In this document: one piece after another, positions 11,242 through 21,200 of the stretch
Layout: each line of letters starts with the position of its first letter
How positions within the stretch are numbered: position 1 is the first letter of the stretch
Assembly: GCA_963843575.1 (NCBI GenBank)
Contig: CAWJKZ010000021.1
Span: 128,001-192,000, forward strand
From: an uncultured Acidobacteriota bacterium
GTDB lineage: Bacteria; Acidobacteriota; UBA6911
Length of the DNA: 64,000 nucleotides
Reading direction: 5' to 3'
Position numbers and translations under genes: made by a program
The notes under the pieces: model-generated
Told to the model about the DNA's origin: nothing
The model's input: the letters and a program-made list of their open reading frames with translations, nothing else
Databases searched by the model: none

Positions 11242-14200
11242 TCACGGTATAACGGGCAGGGCCGCCATGGCTCCGGGGGAGAGACGCAGGGCCATCGCGC
11301 AAACCGGCGTCGGCGCCTCGATCTCCAAGCTACCGCGAAAGCTGCCGAGGGCGGCCGCTGTGCCCGGGAAGAGTTCTCTGGGGAAGCGGGCAAGCTGACC
11401 GAGGGCCGGCAGCAGGAACTCCGCCACGCCCCCTTCGATGAGGTTCCCCCCCGTGTCCCTCAGTCTCAAGGCAAGGCTGACGGGAACCGATGCCGGGTTG
11501 GAGAAGGCCACGCCCGTGTCCAGGTAGAGCGCGTAGTCGGTCTCCAGTGGGATGGTCAGCCGGCTCGCCGGACGAACCGCTTCGACGGCGCCCAACCCCA
11601 GGCGGCCGGAAAACAGCAAAGTGGCGTCGACCTGCAGGTCGGAGGTTACCGCCACCGATCCGGTCACCAATGCTCCCAGCCCGTCGGTCGCGAGCCGGGC
11701 GGAGCCGCCGGGCGGCAGGCGGAACAGGGAACTGCCATCCACCTGGGCCCCGTTGAGGTCGACTCGGAGCGGTTGTCCCTGGCTGTCGTGGAACTCCACG
11801 GTCCCGGCACAGGCTTCGGTGAGGGAAGGGTTGACCAGGACCAGGGTGGAGGCCAGTCCGTCGCCGTCGGCGAATTGCGAGAAGTAGACCGTCCCCGCCG
11901 CGGGCGCCAGGGAGATCCTGCGGATCGCGTGGTTGTCCCGGTCCGCGACGAACAGGTCACCCGACGGGTGCACGGTCAGGCCCGAGGGGAGCGCGAACCG
12001 GGCATCACTCCCGGTTCCGTCCCTGCTTCCCGAGAGCGATGTGTCGGGTGTCGTGTTGATTTTGGGGCTGCCCGCCAGACTGCTTACCGTCCCGTCCTTC
12101 CCCACCCGTCGCACGACCCACCCGTCGCATACGTAGAGGTTGTCGGAGTCGTCGACGGCCATTCCCAACGGGTAGCCAAACAGGGCCCTGTCGTGCGGGC
12201 CATCAAGACCGCCGTGGAGGCCGGGCGTGCCGGAAAGGGTGGTGACCTCCCCCTGGGGCGAGATCTTGCGGACCACGCAGTTGTTGTAGTCCGCCACCAG
12301 CAGGTTCCGCTCCGAATCGAAAACGATCTTCTGGGGGCCGTCGAAGCGGGAGGCGGCGCCGTTGCCGTCGGCAAAACCCGGCACGCCGGCAACCCCGGCG
12401 AGCGTCGTCACCGCGCCGTCGGGGGTGATCCTGCGGATGGTGTGGTTGGAGGTGTCGCTCACGTAAATATCCCCCGACCGGCTCTCGACCGCGATCCCGC
12501 GCGGCCCGTTGAAGCGGGCCGCACCCGCTGTCCCATCCTCCGAGCCGGGTTCACCGGCTGATCCGGCCAGGGTGGTAACGGTGCCGTCGGGGGCGAGCTT
12601 GCGCACCTGGTGGTTGCCGTAGTCGGCGATGAACAGGGTGCCGTCTTCGCCCACACACAGGCCCCGCGGGTAGGCAAAGCGGGCCGACGCCCCCGTGCCG
12701 TCCTGGCTCCCGCTGCTGCCCGCGAGGCCCGCCACGGTGCTGACCACGCCCTGCGGGCTGATCTTGCGGATGGTGTGGTTTGCGGTGTCGGCCACAAACA
12801 AGTTCCCGGCCCGGTCCGCTGCGATATCGTTGGGGGAAGCAAAACGCGCGGTGTGGAGGTCCCCGTCGTCAGAGCCGCGCGCGGCCGCCTGGCCCGCGAA
12901 GGTGGAAACGATTCCGACGAGCCGGGCCCGCGCGACACGACCGATGGTGACCGCCGCACGCGTGGCAAACTGACCGGTACCGGCTACGCGCATGGCCATG
13001 CCGTTGAAGGGCAGGGATGAACGCGCCACGAGGGTGCCCCTGAAGATGTTCGAACTCGCCCAGGGGAAAATCTCATCGACAAACAGCGCACGCTGCCCAT
13101 GGGCTGCGAGCTTCACGGTCGCCTCGGTTTCGGGAATCTGCAGACCTTCCTCGGAATACAGGCGACAGGCCACCGAAATCTCCCCCGCGTTGGGATTGGA
13201 GAGCGCGACGCCGCCGCGGACTTCGTGCGACGGGTCCAATTCGACCGGCACGATCAGGCCGGTCGTCGACAGCGGGGAGGCGGGGACACCGGCACTCCCG
13301 CTCTCGCCGTCCAGGATCAGGTACGCCTCGACACGGGAGTCCGACGCCAGCTCGATGGATCCGGGCTGGAGCGCTCCCGCTCCCTCGGTGCCGTAGTACC
13401 CCACCCCGCGCGGCGGCAGACGGAATGGCAGCGGTCCGTCCCGCGCCTGACCGCCGAGCGCGAGCTGCAGCGGTACCCCGCCGGTCCCGAAGAACCGCGC
13501 GGTGCCCGAAACCTCCGCGGAGGACGACGGGTTCACCAGGACAAGGGTGGAGCGGGTTCCGGCCCCGTTGGAAAAGTGCGGCAGGAACTTCACGTTGTTG
13601 TTCACGGTCACGGTGAAGCCGGAATCGGTGGCCGCTTCGACGGCTATCGAGATGCCGTTGGCCGGATCCGAAAACACCTCGCCCGGCGTCTGCATCGCGC
13701 CGTCGTCGCCGGTGAACCCGTTGTTGTCGGTGTCGACGACTTCGCTGGGCTTCCACTCGGGTGGACTGTTCCATTGGGTGGGGGAGTACCGGTCGGGATC
13801 GACGTCGTAGAGGATCACCGCGTCGCCGAGGAGACCGGTGTCGTAGCCGACTCTCTGCCGCGCCTCCGCGGTGTAGAAACGCACGTGTGGGCCGGGGAGC
13901 CGGACTTGGGCCATCTTGTACCCTCCGGCCTGGGGTTGCGCGAGTCGAGCGAGATGGATGGTCTCCTGGGTGCCGGGGGAGGAGAGATACTTCTCTCCGG
14001 GGGCAATCCACCCAAGCAGATCCTTGTGGTAGGCCGTCGTGTGAATGGCCTGAAGACCGAAGACGGGGTCGGTGATTTTCCCGCCCCAGTGGCTCATCAG
14101 ATCCCAGAAGTTGTCGTAGGTGTCCCCGTAGCTTCCCGTCGAGTGCGGCAGTCCCAGGGCGTGGCCCATTTCGTGGGCGAAGACGTGATGGTTGGAGTCG

Positions 14201-15042
14201 CGGTCGTGGCCGTACACGTTGTGAAGCAGGGTGGTGGGCAGCCAGATCACGCCCCAAGTCCGGTTCACGCCATCGAGCGTCCAGTTCAGCGGCCCTCCGT
14301 AGCCCAGGTATTTCTCCCCGACGAAATCGTTGAAGATCAGGGCGATGCCGGCGTACGAGGGGAAGTGGACGTCGCGGTCGGCAACCGCGGTCGCATCCCG
14401 CAGCGCCCGGATCTGGTCGAGCCAGAGAGGATTTCCGTAAACGTAGTAGGAGCGGGGGCGTGGCAGGACGTACCAGCCCACCACGCGGCTGTTCTCGAGG
14501 TTGATCGCGTCGTAGGAAACCTCGCGCCAGAAGTGGTCCATCCCCGGGAATCGTGGCGCGAGCAGATCGTGGTAGTAGGCGATGGACCGCGGTTCGGCGA
14601 CGATGTCGGAAAACTTGCAGAGGATGATGACCCACGGTTGCGGCCCGGTCTTCGCGAAGCTGGGACTCGCGCCCGGGCGCACGCCGCCAGGCGCGGAGGG
14701 TGCCGGTTCGCGGAGGTTCACAGACGAAGCTTTCAGGACCGAGCGTCCGCCGCTCTCGACCCACTCGCCGCGGATCTCGGCGAAGCGCGGCGCCAGACCC
14801 GGGGAATCCGGCAGGCCGTCGCCCGGGAGAATCTCCGTGCCCTCCCCACTCGCGTCGACGAGGAAATACCGCGTCCCGGAAAGACCCTGCACGGGATCGT
14901 CAAAACAGAAGGTGTGCAGCCAGCCCGCGATAACTGGGGAGCGGGCGCCGGCTCTGCCGCCGGCGACGCCCGGGTGCGGCGACCAGGAGAGGGTTCCGAC
15001 AAATGCGAACAGCAAGGCCAGCCGAGGCAAAGCTCCGCGCAT
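11242..15042 (-). CDS. Large secreted protein: M6-like zinc metalloprotease + duplicated beta domain + NHL repeats
   Basis: Signal peptide; HEMGHALGLPH and WDLMS; NHL repeats (VADTANHTIRKI); two related STLVLVNPS domains. Confidence 0.85.
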   Translation of the reverse strand: MRGALPRLALLFAFVGTLSWSPHPGVAGGRAGARSPVIAGWLHTFCFDDPVQGLSGTRYFLVDASGEGTEILPGDGLPDSPGLAPRFAEIRGEWVESGGRSVLKASSVNLREPAPSAPGGVRPGASPSFAKTGPQPWVIILCKFSDIVAEPRSIAYYHDLLAPRFPGMDHFWREVSYDAINLENSRVVGWYVLPRPRSYYVYGNPLWLDQIRALRDATAVADRDVHFPSYAGIALIFNDFVGEKYLGYGGPLNWTLDGVNRTWGVIWLPTTLLHNVYGHDRDSNHHVFAHEMGHALGLPHSTGSYGDTYDNFWDLMSHWGGKITDPVFGLQAIHTTAYHKDLLGWIAPGEKYLSSPGTQETIHLARLAQPQAGGYKMAQVRLPGPHVRFYTAEARQRVGYDTGLLGDAVILYDVDPDRYSPTQWNSPPEWKPSEVVDTDNNGFTGDDGAMQTPGEVFSDPANGISIAVEAATDSGFTVTVNNNVKFLPHFSNGAGTRSTLVLVNPSSSAEVSGTARFFGTGGVPLQLALGGQARDGPLPFRLPPRGVGYYGTEGAGALQPGSIELASDSRVEAYLILDGESGSAGVPASPLSTTGLIVPVELDPSHEVRGGVALSNPNAGEISVACRLYSEEGLQIPETEATVKLAAHGQRALFVDEIFPWASSNIFRGTLVARSSLPFNGMAMRVAGTGQFATRAAVTIGRVARARLVGIVSTFAGQAAARGSDDGDLHTARFASPNDIAADRAGNLFVADTANHTIRKISPQGVVSTVAGLAGSSGSQDGTGASARFAYPRGLCVGEDGTLFIADYGNHQVRKLAPDGTVTTLAGSAGEPGSEDGTAGAARFNGPRGIAVESRSGDIYVSDTSNHTIRRITPDGAVTTLAGVAGVPGFADGNGAASRFDGPQKIVFDSERNLLVADYNNCVVRKISPQGEVTTLSGTPGLHGGLDGPHDRALFGYPLGMAVDDSDNLYVCDGWVVRRVGKDGTVSSLAGSPKINTTPDTSLSGSRDGTGSDARFALPSGLTVHPSGDLFVADRDNHAIRRISLAPAAGTVYFSQFADGDGLASTLVLVNPSLTEACAGTVEFHDSQGQPLRVDLNGAQVDGSSLFRLPPGGSARLATDGLGALVTGSVAVTSDLQVDATLLFSGRLGLGAVEAVRPASRLTIPLETDYALYLDTGVAFSNPASVPVSLALRLRDTGGNLIEGGVAEFLLPALGQLARFPRELFPGTAAALGSFRGSLEIEAPTPVCAMALRLSPGAMAALPVIP

Positions 15043-15241
15043 GAGAGGGCTCCTGCGGATCCATGAGGTTCGGTTGAAGCGTTTCGATACTGTTAGACGA
15101 TTTTGAGGACCGGATAGTTCCCTAGACGGAGGCCGGAGTCTGTTGTCTGGCGCGGGCGATCACGGTGAGAATGCCGTAACTGGCCGCGAGCGGTGAGCAG
15201 AGCCGCTGTGCCCGGACGGCTAAAAGGCGCCCGGGTTCATG

Positions 15242-16204
15242 TCAACGGGTCCGCTCGTATTCGATGACGCCGGCGAGGATGGAGTCGAGGTCGTGGCGGT
15301 TTTCGTACCCGATGAGTTTTTTGATCTTGGAGATGTCGGGCACGCGCCGTTGCATGTCCTCGAATCCCTCCTGATATGCCTGGTCGTACGGGATGTGGGT
15401 GATCGGCGAGGAACTCCCGGCGGCGCGCTTCACCCGCTCGGCGAGCTCGTTGATCGAGATCTCTCCATCCCCCCCGATGTTGAAGATCTCGCCCACGGCT
15501 CGGGATTCGTCGATCAAGCCGATGACGCCGCGCACGACATCCTCGACGCCTGTGAAACTGCGGGTTTGTGTGCCGTCGCCGAAGATCGTGATCGGCTCGT
15601 TGCGCAACGCCTGCCCCACGAACCTCGGGATCACCATCCCGTACCGCCCGGTCTGCCTGGGCCCGACGGTGTTGAAGAACCGGGCAATGATTACGGGCAG
15701 CTGCTTCGTCCGGTAATAGGCCAGCGCGAGGAACTCGTCCATCGCCTTGGTGGCGGCGTAGCTCCAGCGGGCGACGGAAGTCGACCCGTAGACGCGCGCG
15801 TCGTCCTCCCGCAGCGGGACGTTGGAATTCCTGCCATAGACCTCGGAGGTGGACGCGATGAAGGTCTTCTTGCGGAACTTGTTGGCGAGTTCGAGCACGA
15901 TCTCGGTCCCCACGATGTTCGTGTGAATCGACTTGAGCGGCTCGTCGATGATCAGCTGCACCCCCACGGCAGCGGCGAGGTGCACGACAACGTCGCAGAT
16001 GCCGGTCAGCTCGAGCATCGTCTCCCGGTTCAGGATGGTGTCGCGGACAAAGTGAAACTGGCGCTGGGCAGAGATCTGGCTGATGTTGTCCAGGCTCCCG
16101 GTGGAAAGGTCGTCGATGACGTAGACCTCATCCCCGCGCCCGAGGTAAGCCTCGGCAAGGTAGGAGCCGATAAAACCGGCCCCTCCGGTGATCAGAACCC
16201 TCAC
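15242..16204 (-). CDS. NAD-dependent nucleotide-sugar epimerase/dehydratase
   Basis: ITGGAGFIGS, HLAAAVG, STSEVYG, YAATK and RFFNTVGPRQ. Confidence 0.93.
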   Translation of the reverse strand: MRVLITGGAGFIGSYLAEAYLGRGDEVYVIDDLSTGSLDNISQISAQRQFHFVRDTILNRETMLELTGICDVVVHLAAAVGVQLIIDEPLKSIHTNIVGTEIVLELANKFRKKTFIASTSEVYGRNSNVPLREDDARVYGSTSVARWSYAATKAMDEFLALAYYRTKQLPVIIARFFNTVGPRQTGRYGMVIPRFVGQALRNEPITIFGDGTQTRSFTGVEDVVRGVIGLIDESRAVGEIFNIGGDGEISINELAERVKRAAGSSSPITHIPYDQAYQEGFEDMQRRVPDISKIKKLIGYENRHDLDSILAGVIEYERTR

Positions 16205-16274
16205 GTTGTCTCCTCGATGATGCCCGACTGTAGTATGTCCGAGCGGCGGCGTCAAACCCCGATTGGGGCGCACG

Positions 16275-17471
16275 CTACCGGACGGCCGTGAACATGATCT
16301 CGAGGAGCCCGTCGGGGCTTACGAGAGCCGCTTCGACGGTAGCCCGCGCCGGGAAATCGGCGCTGAACACTTCACGGTACGCACCGTTCATCGCGGTGAA
16401 GTTGTTTACGTCCGTTATGTACACGACGGCGTCCGCGACCTGTTCCCAGCCGAAGCCGGCTGACTTCAGGGTGCGGCCCACGCGGGCCAGGATCTCCCTC
16501 GTCTGCGCTTGCGTGTCGTTCCGGTTCGCCTCGGTGTTTCCCATCATGCCGGCGACGTACAGCCGGTCGCCGGCGCGCACGGCGGCGCTGAAGTTGGGGT
16601 TGGCCTGTCCCGGTGCGCCGTCGGGCCCGGGAGTGACGAACGCTTCGTGTGTGCCGCGCACCGCCGTCAGGCCGATTTCAACGAGGAACTGCGGGCCCAT
16701 CAGGGGCGCCCTGACCGTCGCACGGGCGGGCGGGTCCTCAGGGAAGTAGGGTCGGTAGGCGGCGTTCATCCCCTGGAAATCGGCCACGTCGGTGATGAAG
16801 ACGCGCGAAGCGACCACGTTGGAGTAGTCCATGCCGGCGGCGCGCAGTATCTCCCCTGCGTTGTCGAGGACGGTGCGCGTCTGCGCCTGAATGTCGCCAG
16901 GCACCACGGCGTTGTCCCTCCCATTGCGCGAGACGAGGCCCGAAAGGAACAGCGTGTCCCCTGACAGGATGCCGTAGCTGTAGGGATTGGTCGACGGCGT
17001 CCACCCGGCAGGGTGGACGACCTTGCGCTCGCCTCCGGCGGGGATCGCGACCATGGAAATTTCGATGAGCGCGTCCGGGCGGACGAGATTGGCCTCGACG
17101 GTCGTGCGCACCGGCGGGTCCTTGGGCCAGTAGCCCCGGTAAACCTCGTTCATCGCCTGGAAATCGGACGCACGCTTCAGGTAGACGTTCACCGACGCGA
17201 CATCGGCCAGCGACGATCCGGCCGCGGTGGCCAGCCCGCCCATGAAATCGAGCAGGTGCTTGGTCTGGGCCCGAACGTCCCCCTTGATCACGTTTCCGGA
17301 CGCGTCCGTCGCCAGCGCACCGGAGATATAGATGAAGCCGCCGGCCCGCACCGCGGGGCTGAACGGCAACTTCATGTCGGGGCCAAGACGGTAGACCCGC
17401 CTGGGGGACTGCGAGGCCAGCGCTCCGACAGTAGCAAGCAGCACGAGAATCCTGATTCCGTGTTTTCGCAT
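16275..17471 (-). CDS. Secreted protein of three tandem RidA/YjgF domains
   Basis: Signal peptide, then three repeats of xSxAV/GI...SG...QT...MNxxY...PxRxTV...EI. Confidence 0.88.
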   Translation of the reverse strand: MRKHGIRILVLLATVGALASQSPRRVYRLGPDMKLPFSPAVRAGGFIYISGALATDASGNVIKGDVRAQTKHLLDFMGGLATAAGSSLADVASVNVYLKRASDFQAMNEVYRGYWPKDPPVRTTVEANLVRPDALIEISMVAIPAGGERKVVHPAGWTPSTNPYSYGILSGDTLFLSGLVSRNGRDNAVVPGDIQAQTRTVLDNAGEILRAAGMDYSNVVASRVFITDVADFQGMNAAYRPYFPEDPPARATVRAPLMGPQFLVEIGLTAVRGTHEAFVTPGPDGAPGQANPNFSAAVRAGDRLYVAGMMGNTEANRNDTQAQTREILARVGRTLKSAGFGWEQVADAVVYITDVNNFTAMNGAYREVFSADFPARATVEAALVSPDGLLEIMFTAVR

Positions 17472-17620
17472 GCCGGGCATTATACGGCAAAGGTGCGCCT
17501 CGTGGGGGGGGATCGTGCTGCGCGAGGAAACGGTTGCCCTGCCTGTGCTCCGTACTTACACTGGGCTCATTGCAGAATGGGGCGAACCGAAGCCCGCCTC
17601 ACTCGAGGGAGGTGAACGAG

Positions 17621-17810
17621 TTGATACTCGATGAAGTGCGCAGGTGGTGTCGTTCGTTGCCGCACGCGACGGAGGACATCAAATGAGACGGCGACCTGGT
17701 CTTCTCCATCGGCGGCAAGATGTTCGCGGTCGTCATGCTGGATCCGCCGCACCCCCGAGCTGGTCAAGGCCCGCTTACCACGCAGGCTCCGTGCCGCGCC
17801 CTGCCCGTAA
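17621..17810 (+). pseudogene. MmcQ/YjbR-family remnant (in-frame TGA and internal deletion)
   Basis: TTG start after GGAGG; CRSLPHATEDIK*DGDLVFSIGGKMFAVV, then jumps in another frame to the typical C-terminus ELVKARLPRRLRAA. Confidence 0.75.
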
Positions 17811-17815
17811 AACAA

Positions 17816-17909
17816 GTGGGTCCGGGCTTCAGCCCGGACGTCTTTTGATCTGATCTACGCGGCGACGGGCGCACGTTATAGCGACGTCCGCGCTGAAGCG
17901 CGGACCCAC
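17816..17909. repeat. REPIN-like doublet (family C), copy 1
   Basis: gtgggtccgggcttcagcccggac - spacer - gtccgcgctgaagcgcggacccac; near-identical to 43027-43130. Confidence 0.9.
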
Positions 17910-18061
17910 TAACGGGGGGCTAAGGGCTCGCGCAAGAATGAGTTCACATTTTGCTGATCGCCAGAATGTGAACTTATTCTTGCGCGAACCCTGAGGCGCA
18001 GGAACTGCCTTGGGCTAAAATGAAAAGGAATCCATCTTCCATCCGATAAGGGGGTAGAGCC

Positions 18062-18280
18062 ATGAACGGGGACGCAAGCGAAGATACGACCGTCTACAGA
18101 GTCGTGGTCAACCACGAGGAGCAGTATTCCATCTGGCCCGCCGACAGGGACCTGCCTTTGGGTTGGCGGGATGAAGGAAAGAGCGGGACTAAAAAAGAGT
18201 GCCTCGCCCACATCAGCGAGGTCTGGACGGACATGCGTCCGCTCAGCCTCAGAGTTAAAGACTCCCGCCCGATCGAATAG
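18062..18280 (+). CDS. mbtH: MbtH-like NRPS accessory protein
   Basis: [13 protein letters not shown]...PLGW...[17 protein letters not shown]. Confidence 0.97.
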   Translation: MNGDASEDTTVYRVVVNHEEQYSIWPADRDLPLGWRDEGKSGTKKECLAHISEVWTDMRPLSLRVKDSRPIE

Positions 18281-18299
18281 GCAGTCTGAACAGGATCGA

Positions 18300-21200
18300 A
18301 TGAACCTCCAGGATATCGGACATCACGGGATACGGTCCGGGATACCACGCGTGGACGGGCGCGAGTTTCCCCTTTCCTTTGCCCAGCAGAGGTTGTGGTT
18401 TCTCGACCAGCTCGGCGAAAGTGGACCGCTCTACAACGTCCCGGTCTGCTTCCGGCTGCAAGGAATCCTCCGGACCGGGGAGCTACAACGCGCGCTCGGG
18501 GCGGTGGCAGCGCGGCACGCGACGCTCCGCACGAATTTCGTCGAGGTTGGCGGGATTCCGAGACAAGTGGTCTCCGAGCCGCGGGAGATCCCGCTGCCGC
18601 TGGTGGACCTGACGGGCCTGCCGGCGCATGAGCGTGAGAGGGAGGCCGTCCGGCTTGCCGGCCAGGAGGCTCAGCGGCGTTTCGACCTCAGCCGCGACCC
18701 GCTTTTGCGCGCCGCCGTGTTCCAGCTCGGGCCCGAGGATCACCTGCTGATCGCGAACATGCACCACATCGTGTCGGACGGGTGGTCGTTGGGCATCTTC
18801 TTTAGGGAACTCGGCGCATTCTACGAAGAGTATGTCACCGGGACACCTGCCGCCCTTGCGCCCCTGCCGATCCAGTACGCGGATTTCGCGGTCTGGCAGC
18901 GGGAGAATCTGCAGGGGGCGAGCCTGGATAAGCTGCTTTCGTACTGGAAGGGTCAGCTCGACGGCGCACCGGGGCTCTTGGAGCTCCCGACCGACCGGCC
19001 GCGTCCCGCCGTGCAGCAGTTTCTGGGCGGGTCCGTCGCCATCGAGGTGCCCCGGCCCGTGTCCAGGGCGCTGGCGGAGTTCAGCCGCCGGCACCGGGCG
19101 TCGATGTTCATGACGCTGCTCGCTGCATTCAAGCTTCTGCTGTACCGCTACAGCGGCCAGACGGACATCGTCGTCGGATCTCCCATCGCCGGGCGGAACC
19201 GCATCGAAGTCGAGTCGCTGATCGGGTTTTTTGTGAACACGCTGGTCCTGCGGAGCAAGGTCGAGGGCGCCGGGGATTTTCGCGCCCTGCTGCACCGCGT
19301 GCGCGAGACGGCACTGGAGGCCTACAACTACCAGGATCTCCCGTTCGAGAAGCTCGTGGAGGAACTCCAACCCCGCCGCGAAATGAGCCACAGCCCGCTA
19401 TTCCAGGTTATGTTCGGGTTCCAGAACGCGGCGCCGCCGCCCGCACTCCTGCAGCTAAAGGTCACGCCCCTCGAGATCCACACCGGCACTTCCAAGTTCG
19501 ACCTGATCCTGTCGCTGAGCGACGGGCCGCAGGGGCTGCAGGGAAAACTGAACTACGACGCCGGACTATTCGACGCGTCGACGGCGGCCCGGATGGCGGG
19601 ACATTACCGCAACCTGCTCGAAGCCGTCGTGGCGGTTCCGAACCACCCGGTCGGCAGGCTCGCACTCATGACTGAAGGCGAACGCCTTCAGATCGTGTCG
19701 ACGTGGAATTCGACGGAGGCCGATTTTCCGACGAACGCCTGCATCCATCAACTGTTCGAAGAACAGGCCGGGCGCACCCCCGAACGGGTCGCCGTCAACT
19801 ACGGGGACGTCCGGATCACCTACGGCAGGCTGAACGCTTGCGCCAATCAGCTGGCGCGCAAGCTCCAAGCCATGGGCGTGGGGCCGGAGGTTCTGGTCGG
19901 CATCTTCATGGAACGGTCGGCCGGCATGGTCGTCGCGCTGCTCGCGGTTCTCAAGGCCGGCGGGGCCTACGTCCCCCTGGACCCCGGCTATCCCGCCACA
20001 CGACTCTCCTTCATGATCGAGGACTCGGGCGCCCGCGTGATCCTGACCGAAGAGAAGCTGGCTCCTAACCTGCCGCCCGGGAGTGCACGGGTGCTGGTCC
20101 TGGACAAGGTGCAGGACGAGATCACGTCGCAATCCGGACATAATCTCGCTTGCGTGACCACCGGCGGCAATCTCGCGTACCTGATGTACACCTCGGGTTC
20201 GACCGGCACGCCCAAAGGGGCCGCCATCCCTCACCGGGCCGTCAATCGCCTCGTGATCCACACCGACTATGTCCAGCTCGTCCCCGACGATGTGGTGGCG
20301 CAGGTCTCGAACTGCGCGTTCGACGCGGCGATCTTCGAGATCTGGGGCGCCCTGCTGAACGGCGCCCGGCTCACGGGCATTCGCAAAGAGGATGTCCTCT
20401 CGCCGGGCAGACTTGCCGGCCTGATCGAGAGGGAGGGCGTCAGCGTCATGTTCCTGACCACGGCGCTCTTCCACCAGTTGGCGCGTGAGTCGCCGGCCGT
20501 GTTCGGGAAACTCCGATGCCTGTTGGTTGGCGGCGAGGCGGCGCAGCCCAGGTGGGTGGATGCGGTGAGCCGGGAAGGGCCTCCGGAGCAGCTGCTGAAC
20601 GTCTACGGCCCGACCGAGACCACGACCTTCGCGTCGTGGCACCGCGTGACGGCGCCGCCGGGCCGCGCGAGTTCGATACCGATAGGGAAGCCGATCGCCA
20701 ACACGCGTATCCACGTGCTTGACTGCCAGATGCAGCCGACGCCCATCGGTGTCGTCGGGGAGCTCTACATCGGTGGCCCCGGGTTGGCCCGAGGCTATCA
20801 CAACCGGCCGGACACGACGGCCGACAGGTTCGTCCCCAACCCGTATGCGCTCGAGCCGGGAGGGCGGCTCTATCGGACGGGAGACCGGGCGCGTTACCTG
20901 CCGGACGGCAGCATCGAGTTCTGTGGCCGCTCGGATCAGCAGGTTAAGATCCGTGGGTTCCGCGTGGAGCTCGAGGAGATCGAAGCCGCGGTCGCCAGGC
21001 ACCCGGATGTGAAAAGGTGTGCCGTCGTGGCCGTCCGGGACGCCTCCGGAGCCAGGCGTCTCATAGGCTACGTCGTTGGCGCTGCGCAGCACCCCCCCGC
21101 GCCCGATGACCTGCGCCACTTCGCCGGCGAGAGGCTTCCGGACTACATGGTGCCCTCGGCGTTCGTCCTGCTCGACGACCTGCCGCTGTCGCCCAATGCC

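Noticed and set aside
10717-15066. Long plus-strand ORFs (614 aa, 655 aa) and similar antisense ORFs across the window
   Set aside because: Shadow frames of real genes in high-GC DNA with no recognisable motifs.
17684-17686. TGA as selenocysteine or Trp recoding in the mmcQ-like gene
   Set aside because: It is a TGG-to-TGA change in a gene that also lacks its middle; TGA is used as a normal stop throughout the window.
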